A stretch of 52,990 bases of DNA from a virus. The stretch is taken from positions 1-52,990 of IMG/VR virus record IMGVR_UViG_3300045988_169541; one strand, 5' to 3'. The translations under genes were made by a program, and so were the position numbers. Positions 17,319 to 25,047 of the stretch are shown piece after piece. Each line of letters starts with the position of its first letter. The stretch's first letter is position 1. The notes beneath the pieces are model-generated. The model saw nothing but the letters and a program-made list of their open reading frames with translations, ran no database searches and was not told the DNA's origin.

Positions 17319-18344
17319 CTAAAATAATTCAAGTTGTGTATGTTTCTGTGCCTTGCCAATAATAAAGTCGCAGATAAAATTACGAGCATAGTCTTGTGAG
17401 ATTAGCGAACGTTCTTCTGAACAGATACCCGATTCTTTTCCTTGCTTACAATTCATTATTACTTTTGTTTCTTTAGGTTTCTGAAAACTCTTTCCATTTG
17501 TCGGTTCGCAATTAAAGAACCAATATACAGTAGGCTTTTTGAAGTAGTCGCCCCTTTTCCTCCTATCCATATCAACAAATGTGTACGGAATAAAGTTTGC
17601 AGGATACAACAGATAATGCGGTTGTGTGGCAGGATTCTCCAATATCATTCTTATCTGCCTGAAATCACAAACAGCAAAAAATTTATATAATAAAGAATAG
17701 AACTTCTCTCTTTTACCTATTCTCTCAAGTACTATTTCATATTGCTCATTTTTAGATTTACAATATAAGTTATTGCAACGCATTTGATAGTAATTTGCTT
17801 GCAAGGACTCAAAGTAAATGCACGGGAAGAAAGCCATTATCAAATCGTCTTTCGTAATACTATCAAACACGCTTCCTTTACCGTCATACGCTTTTTCAAT
17901 CTCCGCAAACAAGTCTACAACGTGGTCAGTTTGTCCAAAATTATTTTGGATATCATAATCTTCCGATGGTATTCCCAGCTTTATAAACTCATTCTTGAAA
18001 GTTCCACTTTGCTCGAACATTAAATGAACTTTTCCTTTTATTTCCATTACTTTATCAAATTGTTTTCTTTTAGTAATTTGATGACTTTCCTCTCTGCGTT
18101 TTTCATGTTTAGCGCTTGACTCCCAAAGTTGATAATTCGACCGCATTGTATGTATTTTGGGGTACATACACGCTCTTATGCAACTATTGCAAGGCGATAT
18201 GTTTTCACCTGATAAGTCTTGTTGGGTTTTACAGTCCGGGCAGCCTATTCCGAGCAAGAATTTATCTCTAAAATTTGTCGGTTTCCCAGCCTCTTTATGT
18301 CCGGAAAGAAACTGTTTTGATAGTGTTATTACGTATGTTTTCAT
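17319..18344 (-). CDS. Fusion protein: N-terminal ASCH/PUA-like region plus C-terminal divergent C5-cytosine methyltransferase-like domain
   Basis: KIHTMRSNYQLW (the K-x-HT-x-R pattern of ASCH-like domains). LMFEQSGTF (motif I-like), FFPCIYFES (PC motif IV-like), MILENPA (ENV-like). The assignment is tentative. Confidence 0.35.
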   Translation of the reverse strand: MKTYVITLSKQFLSGHKEAGKPTNFRDKFLLGIGCPDCKTQQDLSGENISPCNSCIRACMYPKIHTMRSNYQLWESSAKHEKRREESHQITKRKQFDKVMEIKGKVHLMFEQSGTFKNEFIKLGIPSEDYDIQNNFGQTDHVVDLFAEIEKAYDGKGSVFDSITKDDLIMAFFPCIYFESLQANYYQMRCNNLYCKSKNEQYEIVLERIGKREKFYSLLYKFFAVCDFRQIRMILENPATQPHYLLYPANFIPYTFVDMDRRKRGDYFKKPTVYWFFNCEPTNGKSFQKPKETKVIMNCKQGKESGICSEERSLISQDYARNFICDFIIGKAQKHTQLELF

Positions 18345-18362
18345 TGTTTCAGTGATTTTTTA

Positions 18363-19727
18363 TTAAAATGGTCTTCCGGATTCGTTTGTGTTGTGGTCGA
18401 ATATCTTCGTGAGACTTTCATTATACCTGAATTTCACGTCACCTACGGCTCCGTTGCGCTGTTTAGCCATTATGAGCGCACCTTCTCCGGTTATCGGGTT
18501 GTTATGAGGATCTTTCAGCTTGTAATATTCCGGACGATAAACGAATATAACCTTATCTGCATCTTGCTCGATGGCTCCTGATTCACGAAGGTCGGATAGC
18601 TGTGGCTTTTTATCCGCCCGTTCTTCACAAGCTCTGTTAAGCTGGGATAAAAGGATAAAAGGCACATTAAGCTCTTTCGCGATTATCTTTGCCTGTCTGC
18701 TCGCCTGTGCAACTTCCTGTTCCCGGTTTTTCCCCTTTTCGCCCATATCAGCGAGTTGTAAGTAATCTACGAGTATCAATCCGCATTTTCCCTGCTTTGA
18801 CATTCTCTTAGAGTGTGCACGGATGTAGCGCATGGATACTATCGGGTTGTCGTCAACGTATATCGGCAGTTCGGAAAGTCTTTTCTTTGCCGATGCGATT
18901 TGGTTGAACTCTTCGTTGGATATGTATCCGTTCCGGTATCTGTCCGCTTCGATGTCCGTCTCTGAAAGGATTAGCCTGTCGGCAAGGCTGATGCTGTCCA
19001 TTTCGAGGGAGTAGATGCACACCGGGACGCCATTTCTTGCGGCGACCTTGGCGAAGTGAAGCATCACGCTTGTCTTTCCTGACCCAGGGCGTCCTGCGAG
19101 TATTATCAGTTCGGACCCCTTGAATCCGGATGTCATTTTATCCAGGTCTTTCAGTCCGGATGTTACGCCTGACATTTTCCCTTGCCGTCTGTTTTCCGTC
19201 CTCAATATCGATTCGTCAGCCGCTTTTTCGACTGCCGACGATATATGTTCCATACGACTATTCAGGGAAATGATTTCGTTTATTTTCTGCAATTGCCTAT
19301 CAGCGAATGAAATGGTGTCTGAAACGTCGTTTGTTTCGTCAGACATCCGGATTATCTCGGTAGCCATAACTACCAGTTGTCGTTCTATCTGCATCTGAAC
19401 GAGCAGTTTGCAATAGTGATCCGTGCGAGCAAGTCCGAAACCGGACAGGTTCGTGAGTTCGGTTACGTAGGATGCGTTGCCTGCTTCAATTAGCTTGCCG
19501 GACTGGCGAAGGCATTCGACTACCGAAATCATGTCTACCGGTATGCTTTTGTCGTTCAGTCCCCGGATGGCATCGAAGATTATGCGGTTTCTGGGGTCAA
19601 AGAACGCATCTGTGCTTAGCTTTGACACCACATCGGTCACTGCTTCGTTAGATAGCATCATCGCCCCTAATACGGCTTTTTCCGTGTCTGGTGAGTTCTG
19701 TCTACCAACTTTCAAGTCTTCCGTCAT
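18363..19727 (-). CDS. dnaB: Replicative DNA helicase DnaB
   Basis: DnaB N-terminal pattern (EKAVLGAMM..), Walker A GRPGSGKTS, LILVDYLQL, SQLNR, ESGAIEQDAD. Confidence 0.9.
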   Translation of the reverse strand: MTEDLKVGRQNSPDTEKAVLGAMMLSNEAVTDVVSKLSTDAFFDPRNRIIFDAIRGLNDKSIPVDMISVVECLRQSGKLIEAGNASYVTELTNLSGFGLARTDHYCKLLVQMQIERQLVVMATEIIRMSDETNDVSDTISFADRQLQKINEIISLNSRMEHISSAVEKAADESILRTENRRQGKMSGVTSGLKDLDKMTSGFKGSELIILAGRPGSGKTSVMLHFAKVAARNGVPVCIYSLEMDSISLADRLILSETDIEADRYRNGYISNEEFNQIASAKKRLSELPIYVDDNPIVSMRYIRAHSKRMSKQGKCGLILVDYLQLADMGEKGKNREQEVAQASRQAKIIAKELNVPFILLSQLNRACEERADKKPQLSDLRESGAIEQDADKVIFVYRPEYYKLKDPHNNPITGEGALIMAKQRNGAVGDVKFRYNESLTKIFDHNTNESGRPF

Positions 19728-20460
19728 CTTTTTCCTCCTTTCTGTTTTTTAGTTGGATTTTAAGCCACCTGAAAAAGTGGGATTTGAAATCTTTTAGGCT
19801 TTTCATGTTTTCACCTATACACTCGAGTTCGTCAAAAAAATCGTTCACCCACTTAATTATTTCATCGGGTTTAAGCTGTTGCTTCATTGCTATGGTCTCA
19901 ATCCATGCCGTTTCTTCGGAAAATATTCTTTCCTTCAAATTTTCAATCGGGATTATTCCTTCCGACGAAAAATCCAAAAGGGGGATTATAGGGGGATTAT
20001 TTATTTTCTTTCCTTTCCTTTGTGTACTTTTGTATACATTTTTGTCATTTTTGCATACATTTATTGCATTATTGTCTACATTAATAAGTAAATAAGGATA
20101 TTCTTCCTTGGGCTTTCTTCTTTTAATGGCTTCAAAATATCGCTTCTGAATACCTTCACTAGTCAGAATCTTTACCGAGCTGAAGCAGGAGCTGTCAAAG
20201 AACCCCCACCTAACTAAGCGATTCACGATCTGGTCCAGTAATTCAGAGTTTATTCCTGGAAGGGATTTTAAAAGTTTCATTTTTAACGGCTCATTCCACA
20301 CAGCGAAGTATCCATTCCGGTATACCGCACATAGCAGCTTTATTGCTGTAATTTCTCCTTTTATCCCAAACTCTCCAGAAATTGCACCTATTTTCTCATC
20401 ATCAAAAAAATCAACATCAAAAGAAAAATATTTCAATCCTTCTTTTAATTGTCTCGCCAT
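19702..20460 (-). CDS. DUF4373 (Lin1244/Lin1753-like) replication initiation / helicase-loading protein
   Basis: YFSFDVDFFDDEKIGAISGEFGIKGEITAIKLLCAVY matches the DUF4373 N-terminal pattern. It lies immediately upstream of dnaB with a 26-nt overlap. Confidence 0.55.
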   Translation of the reverse strand: MARQLKEGLKYFSFDVDFFDDEKIGAISGEFGIKGEITAIKLLCAVYRNGYFAVWNEPLKMKLLKSLPGINSELLDQIVNRLVRWGFFDSSCFSSVKILTSEGIQKRYFEAIKRRKPKEEYPYLLINVDNNAINVCKNDKNVYKSTQRKGKKINNPPIIPLLDFSSEGIIPIENLKERIFSEETAWIETIAMKQQLKPDEIIKWVNDFFDELECIGENMKSLKDFKSHFFRWLKIQLKNRKEEKDDGRLESW

Positions 20461-20461
20461 A

Positions 20462-20746
20462 TCATATTGCTGATTTTAATAGTTCAGAAATGTTTATAAG
20501 CATATTAGCCATTATTTTAGTTTTAGTAACATCACGATGATATTTGGCATGACAATCTTCACAAAGAGTGATTAAATCACTTGTATCATACTCCCATGGT
20601 GCCGCTCCCTGAATATATTTTTTATGATGTACATTTAATGGTTTATCAGCGTGAAAACACATCTGACAGGTAAATCGATCCGCTTGCATGGCTTCCAGTC
20701 GCTTTCTTTGCCAGCGAGGGTCTTTTAACAATTCTCCATATTCCAT
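20462..20746 (-). CDS. HNH endonuclease-like protein (94 aa from ATG 20746)
   Basis: CQMCFHADKPLNVHHKKY...LITLCEDCHAKYH. The upstream part of the track ORF overlaps 20748..21032. Confidence 0.6.
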   Translation of the reverse strand: MEYGELLKDPRWQRKRLEAMQADRFTCQMCFHADKPLNVHHKKYIQGAAPWEYDTSDLITLCEDCHAKYHRDVTKTKIMANMLINISELLKSAI

Positions 20747-20747
20747 A

Positions 20748-21032
20748 TCACAGCTTTTCAATTTCGTTTTTCTGGCACTCAATGAAATACCGATATTTAT
20801 TAACCTCTTCCATGAGTTTAATGTTTGACTTTTCCAATTCCTGATTTTGGGCTTTGAGTTTTTCGCATTCGTTAAATTTCGCATCATACGCCTGTGAAAG
20901 CATGTTGAACTGATGGATACTTACAACTTCATCGGATTCTTGATTTTTGTCTTGGTTTTGGAGTTGTTTTTCTACTTCTTCAGCAATACCGGAGTAGTCT
21001 CCTAATAAGGATGTGATAATTAGTGCTCTCAT
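20748..21032 (-). CDS. Coiled-coil hypothetical protein (94 aa)
   Basis: ATG ORF. No motif recognised. Confidence 0.5.
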   Translation of the reverse strand: MRALIITSLLGDYSGIAEEVEKQLQNQDKNQESDEVVSIHQFNMLSQAYDAKFNECEKLKAQNQELEKSNIKLMEEVNKYRYFIECQKNEIEKL

Positions 21033-21050
21033 GATTTTTTATTTAATTTT

Positions 21051-21356
21051 TTATACAAAATCCGCCTCTTTTACAAATATCCCGTTGATAAGTTTCCCCT
21101 TCCGGTCTTTGATTTCGTTGTATGCATATTCAACGCATTCACTGAAATCAATACCCAGTTGTTTTGATATACAGATGAGAGTGACAACCGTATCCCCGAT
21201 GCTGTCTGTCTGTTTTTCCCTATCGCCTTTGTTTATTGCCCGGGCTAGTTCTCCGAGTTCTTCAACTGTTTTACACATCTGTACTTTTGGATCCTGGGTA
21301 TGCAGGTTTCTGTCGACAACCCATTGCTCAATTTTTTTAATAGTATTTTCAATCAT
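21051..21356 (-). CDS. mazG: MazG-like nucleoside triphosphate pyrophosphohydrolase
   Basis: VEELGELARAINKGD...DSIGDTVVTLICISKQLGIDF is the EExGE...D.xGD MazG pattern. Confidence 0.75.
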   Translation of the reverse strand: MIENTIKKIEQWVVDRNLHTQDPKVQMCKTVEELGELARAINKGDREKQTDSIGDTVVTLICISKQLGIDFSECVEYAYNEIKDRKGKLINGIFVKEADFV

Positions 21357-21544
21357 GTTTTTTTATAATTTACACATTCAATTTTTCTGTCCACGCAGTT
21401 TTCATGCGGCACCACCGAAAACGGGCAATCAACCAATCCGAATTTCCACGGTTGGTAGTAGATACATTTCCGGCAGTCGGAATAGTTTGTTGACAGACGG
21501 GAAATGATCGGTTTTGGTTGTTTGGGTTTCGGGGTGCGGGGCAT
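21353..21544 (-). CDS. Small Cys-rich hypothetical protein (63 aa)
   Basis: ATGA overlap with mazG. Cysteines are spaced C..C...C...C..C. Confidence 0.45.
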   Translation of the reverse strand: MPRTPKPKQPKPIISRLSTNYSDCRKCIYYQPWKFGLVDCPFSVVPHENCVDRKIECVNYKKT

Positions 21545-21583
21545 ATATTTTATTATTAAAAAGGACAGATACTACAAAACAGT

Positions 21584-21591
21584 TAACTTTG
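21584..21591 (+). promoter_or_regulatory. -7 box TAACTTTG on the plus strand inside a minus-strand intergenic region
   Basis: Matches TAnnTTTG. It precedes a structured GC-rich segment and the micro-ORF. Confidence 0.35.
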
Positions 21592-21686
21592 TATCGGATT
21601 TTAGCCCGTACCGCAGCGAGATATGGCAAGGCTCAAAGCGGGCCGGGGAGTAAACCTCCTTTTTGTTTAACTTAAAAAGTAACATC

Positions 21687-21761
21687 ATGGCTAAAATCCA
21701 AGTTCGGGTTAGAACCCAAGTACGTACTACTGTAAGAACAACTGTAAGAGTACGGAAATAG
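21687..21761 (+). CDS. Micro-ORF, 24 codons: MAKIQVRVRTQVRTTVRTTVRVRK
   Basis: ATG..TAG read directly from the sequence. Periodic Val/Thr-Arg pattern. Tandem actgtaaga(a/g) units at the DNA level. Followed by a terminator hairpin. Coding status is unproven. Confidence 0.3.
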   Translation: MAKIQVRVRTQVRTTVRTTVRVRK

Positions 21762-21771
21762 TTCTAACCAT

Positions 21772-21803
21772 GGGTGGGTGTTAACGGCATCCACCCTTAA
21801 CTT
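21772..21803 (+). terminator. Plus-strand terminator hairpin after the micro-ORF
   Basis: gggtgggtg / catccaccc 9-bp stem (one G-U), 7-nt loop, then ttaactttat. Confidence 0.5.
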
Positions 21804-21848
21804 TATCTGTCCTTTTATATTCATGCTGATTCTTTATTAAAGAGGAAT

Positions 21849-22562
21849 TTATGCTACTAATCCGTTTTGCCTTGATAGGTTTGAAATAATTGCGTACATT
21901 TTATCCAATGCGCCTACACGTTCAGCTACATCAATAAGACTCTCATTTTTCTTTCTGGCGTAGGAACGCAGTGCAATATGATAATTGTAATAAAGGGTTT
22001 GGTAAATATGGTCCCACACATTCTTTTGAGGAACATTGAAGTGCATGGAATATTTGTTTACCAAAGCACGGACTTTATCTCTCATGCTTAATTCAGGAAC
22101 AGCATCAGTAGAAAGAGGGAGTGATAACATGTCTTTCTGCGCTTCTTCCCGAATAGCTAATACCTCATTAACTTTCTGCTCAACGGTTGACAATCTCTTT
22201 TCATGTTCTACCATGATCTGACATTGTTTGAGAAGCATTTCAGCCGGGGAAAGATTGCTTTGTTCTGTTCGCTTTTCTATTTCTAATTGTTCCCAACGTA
22301 AAACCAATTTAGCCCTTGCTTCGTCATTGAATTTTGTTGCGACATATAAACATTCGGTTTTTGTCAGATAATAGCATGGTCTATCTTGCTTATTAGCATC
22401 TTTATACGTGCCCAGCGCAAAATTGCGCCCGGCTATTTTTAACCAAGATTCTTCCATGTTTCGAATTGAACGCATGACATCTTTGTGTTCTCTTTCGGTA
22501 ATCTGTGCAATTTCTAACGATGACATTCTACCATCGTTAGAAGTAATAATCAATTCTTCCAT
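21849..22562 (-). CDS. Phage regulatory protein Rha family (antirepressor class)
   Basis: SSLEIAQITEREHKDVMRSIRNM...CYYLTKTECLYVATKFNDEARAKLVLRWEQLE is the Rha (Phage_pRha) pattern. Confidence 0.7.
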   Translation of the reverse strand: MEELIITSNDGRMSSLEIAQITEREHKDVMRSIRNMEESWLKIAGRNFALGTYKDANKQDRPCYYLTKTECLYVATKFNDEARAKLVLRWEQLEIEKRTEQSNLSPAEMLLKQCQIMVEHEKRLSTVEQKVNEVLAIREEAQKDMLSLPLSTDAVPELSMRDKVRALVNKYSMHFNVPQKNVWDHIYQTLYYNYHIALRSYARKKNESLIDVAERVGALDKMYAIISNLSRQNGLVA

Positions 22563-22577
22563 ATTTGTGTGGTTTAC

Positions 22578-22871
22578 TTATTTTTCAAACGAATCAAGAT
22601 AAAGCTGCGCCATGCAAGCTCCGTGATAATCAAGGCTTGCCTTATGCGTTTTGTGGAACTCAGCAAACTTTCTGAAGTTGCCGGAACTGAGAATAAAGTA
22701 ATACGCCTGATTCTTGCAGTTCTTTTCGATCTCTAATTTTTGTCTTACTTGGATTAGTTGTTGTTGCAACTCTTTTACTTCGGAAAGTAATTTACCCTCG
22801 TTTCGTCGGGGTGGACGTGCTGTAATGGTACTATGATTCACATTACTTACAGATTCACTTCGCTTTGCCAT
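22578..22871 (-). CDS. Small conserved protein, cassette paralog C
   Basis: ARPPRRNEGKLL, a coiled coil, then EKNCKNQAYYFILSSGNFRKFAEFHKTHKASLDYHGACMAQLYLDSF. Confidence 0.75.
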   Translation of the reverse strand: MAKRSESVSNVNHSTITARPPRRNEGKLLSEVKELQQQLIQVRQKLEIEKNCKNQAYYFILSSGNFRKFAEFHKTHKASLDYHGACMAQLYLDSFEK

Positions 22872-22892
22872 ACGTTGATGAATTATAAGTTA

Positions 22893-22986
22893 ATAAAAAT
22901 AAGAAAGTCGCCGACTTCCTGTTCTTTTGGCAAAGCGAACATAACACTTACAAAGAAGGCTATGCAACTCAGGACTTCGACGACTT
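22893..22986 (-). promoter_or_regulatory. Leader C: long hairpin plus U-rich tract (terminator/attenuator-like), 33 nt before the paralog C ATG
   Basis: Arms 22905..22921 / 22970..22986 pair at 14 of 17 positions, with a 48-nt interior. Minus-strand 3' side reads ttcttatttttatt. Confidence 0.5.
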
Positions 22987-23075
22987 ATAATTTACTTATG
23001 GATATAAGTCACGATATGGTATAAAAAATACCTTCATTTGTAATTTGTGGTGCTCGCTTTGCCAATTGAGCACCA

Positions 23076-23083
23076 CAAATATA
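23076..23083 (-). promoter_or_regulatory. -7 box (TATATTTG on minus strand) for cassette C, overlapping a 12-bp perfect inverted repeat
   Basis: Plus strand caaatata. The inverted repeat tttgtggtgctc(23044..23055)/gagcaccacaaa(23068..23079) overlaps the box. Confidence 0.4.
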
Positions 23084-23186
23084 CGGCTATTATCCATAAT
23101 TGCAAAATTTAATGTAAGATTTTATTTCCTGTCTTCATCGGGCTGAATATTCAGAAATCCCAGGCTTCCATCATCATTATTTTCCA

Positions 23187-23663
23187 TTATCCAAAATAAT
23201 CGTTATATAAATCTTCAAATTTTTTTCCGATGTATTCTGCATCATCAGATGTACCGCAGCAAAGCCGAGAGCTGGCGCTCGCGTACGTACGCGAGTAGCT
23301 CGCATCGTCGTAACGAAAACCGGAGGAACGCCAAACAAAATACGGATAATATTTATACTGGCTTGAATTGGAGTAATCTGCTTTCCAATCGTTGTTCATT
23401 TTATTTGCAGCTTTGAAGATTGTTTTCAATTTCATGAATGCGATTTCCGACTTTCCGAGTCCACAGTCCATTAAATGCTGTTCGTCAATCGGCTTTTCTC
23501 CTATGATTTCACAAGCATCATAGTATGTCTTTACTGCGTCTTGAAAGTTTTTCAGAAATGTTGTCTTCCCGAAGTTCGATTCAAGTACTTCTTTGAAGTT
23601 TTCGGATGCTTCAAAGTAGAGTTTCTTTGCTTGTTCTTCCGTTATCTCTAATGTCTTCTTCAT
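23187..23663 (-). CDS. Hypothetical protein, tandem paralog 2 (SSGFRY...SRLC family)
   Basis: Shares KYYP.F....SSGFRY.D......A..SRLC.....AEY....F..LY..Y with 23674..24063. ATG at 23663. Confidence 0.6.
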   Translation of the reverse strand: MKKTLEITEEQAKKLYFEASENFKEVLESNFGKTTFLKNFQDAVKTYYDACEIIGEKPIDEQHLMDCGLGKSEIAFMKLKTIFKAANKMNNDWKADYSNSSQYKYYPYFVWRSSGFRYDDASYSRTYASASSRLCCGTSDDAEYIGKKFEDLYNDYFG

Positions 23664-23673
23664 GTTTTTTCTT

Positions 23674-24063
23674 TTAAAGAATGAGTAAATATTCACGATA
23701 TAGTTTTTTGAATTGTTCTGCGGCGTATTCGGCTAATTCTCTATTCTTAAAGCAAAGCCGAGAGCCGGTGCTCGCGTTCGCATGCGTGCAGCACGTATCG
23801 TGGTAACGAAAACCGGAGGAACGCTGGTCTTCTCCTTTTTCAACGTAAAACCAGTTGTAATACTTACATTCATCCCAATTTGACCAATCTGGTTCCCAAC
23901 CTTCATTCAATGCTCTGATAATAATTGTAAGCTTGTAGAATGCGATAATTGATTTCCTATCTTTCTCCGGAAGCATATCTACAACCGGCAGGTCGTTAGG
24001 GTTAAGTCTGAGATGCTTGCAAGCATCCTCGAAGGATTTAATTTTGTCTGTGATTTTTTCCAT
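23674..24063 (-). CDS. Hypothetical protein, tandem paralog 1 (SSGFRY...SRLC family)
   Basis: WEPDWSNWDECKYYNWF...RSSGFRYHD...GSRLCFKNRELAEYAAEQFKKLYREY. Confidence 0.6.
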   Translation of the reverse strand: MEKITDKIKSFEDACKHLRLNPNDLPVVDMLPEKDRKSIIAFYKLTIIIRALNEGWEPDWSNWDECKYYNWFYVEKGEDQRSSGFRYHDTCCTHANASTGSRLCFKNRELAEYAAEQFKKLYREYLLIL

Positions 24064-24081
24064 GATATTATAGTTTTAGTG

Positions 24082-24558
24082 TTATTGTTGTGGTTTTAAA
24101 TTGTCCGGTATGCGTTCTTTGTCGTCCGGTATGTAGGGGATCACTTCTACAAACTTCGTATCTTCGATTTTTACTATCTCATAGGGTATTACAAATGTTG
24201 ACAGTGATTTTTCGAGGTTATCCAATGCCCGGTTGATGTTTGATGCGGCAACTAGATAATGAATTGAGGATTCTTTCTCTTTGCCGAAGTTATCGCTATC
24301 GGTTATTTTAACTGTTGCTTTGTAGAGTCGGTCATCGTTTTCGTCATTTGATTCAATGTATTCTGTTATTTTTGACCGTTTCAGGGATTGAATGAGGTAA
24401 TCCCCCTGAACTATTTCGGATAACTGCCTGCAACTCCTTTCTTCTGTTTCCGAAAAGCTCATTGCATCTATGAGGTATAATTCAGTCACTTTCTTTGCTT
24501 TGCCATCCTCATTTACTTTTTCGTATTTTACTGTGGATTCAAAATAGGTTGCTGTCAT
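24082..24558 (-). CDS. DUF4494-like protein
   Basis: YFESTVKYEKVNEDGKAKKVTELYLIDAMSFSETEER... matches my memory of the Bacteroidota DUF4494 pattern. Confidence 0.5.
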   Translation of the reverse strand: MTATYFESTVKYEKVNEDGKAKKVTELYLIDAMSFSETEERSCRQLSEIVQGDYLIQSLKRSKITEYIESNDENDDRLYKATVKITDSDNFGKEKESSIHYLVAASNINRALDNLEKSLSTFVIPYEIVKIEDTKFVEVIPYIPDDKERIPDNLKPQQ

Positions 24559-24562
24559 AATT

Positions 24563-24745
24563 TTAATGTTTCAATTTTTCAAGTTTCTTAACCAGTATCC
24601 CCGCCTTCCTTTGTCTTTCCCTCCCTTTTACATCCGAAAAAGAAACCGGGCTATCTTGTATCTCTTTGAGATGCCTGATTAGTCCGGCTTTATCCTTAAA
24701 TAGAAAGGAAAGGATTTGAGCAGAAAGGGTAGATGGGATTTTCAT
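24563..24745 (-). CDS. Small hypothetical protein (60 aa)
   Basis: ATG ORF with ATGA-type coupling to the upstream HNH gene. Confidence 0.45.
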   Translation of the reverse strand: MKIPSTLSAQILSFLFKDKAGLIRHLKEIQDSPVSFSDVKGRERQRKAGILVKKLEKLKH

Positions 24746-25047
24746 GGAAAACTAAATTGTGATTGATGATCATGTTTGTGGTGGCATTCCCGGCACCTGA
24801 TTGTAATGTTATTTACATCCCAGGCTAATTCCGATTGGCCTCTTTTTTGACATTCACTTACTGGAATATCGTGTGAACAATCAAGTGGAATACCTGCAGC
24901 CTCATTTCTATGACATTCCTCACAGAAAAGATAGCCATATTTTTCAATCATCTGGGCTATCTTCTTTTCTTTGGCTGCTCTAATCCGGCGGTCTATGACC
25001 GATTTAAGAACATATTCGCCGGAGCTGGTCATGTATGAGTTCATCAA
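24742..25047 (-). CDS. HNH endonuclease-like protein
   Basis: CEECHRNEAAGIPLDCSHDIPVSEC...IRCRECHHKHD. Confidence 0.6.
   Translation of the reverse strand: MMNSYMTSSGEYVLKSVIDRRIRAAKEKKIAQMIEKYGYLFCEECHRNEAAGIPLDCSHDIPVSECQKRGQSELAWDVNNITIRCRECHHKHDHQSQFSFP

Noticed and set aside
23143-23154. Palindrome ctgaatattcag as a regulatory site or terminator.
   Set aside because: It has no loop, so only about 4 bp could form a hairpin. It is a single occurrence with no flanking U-tract, which is too weak to call.
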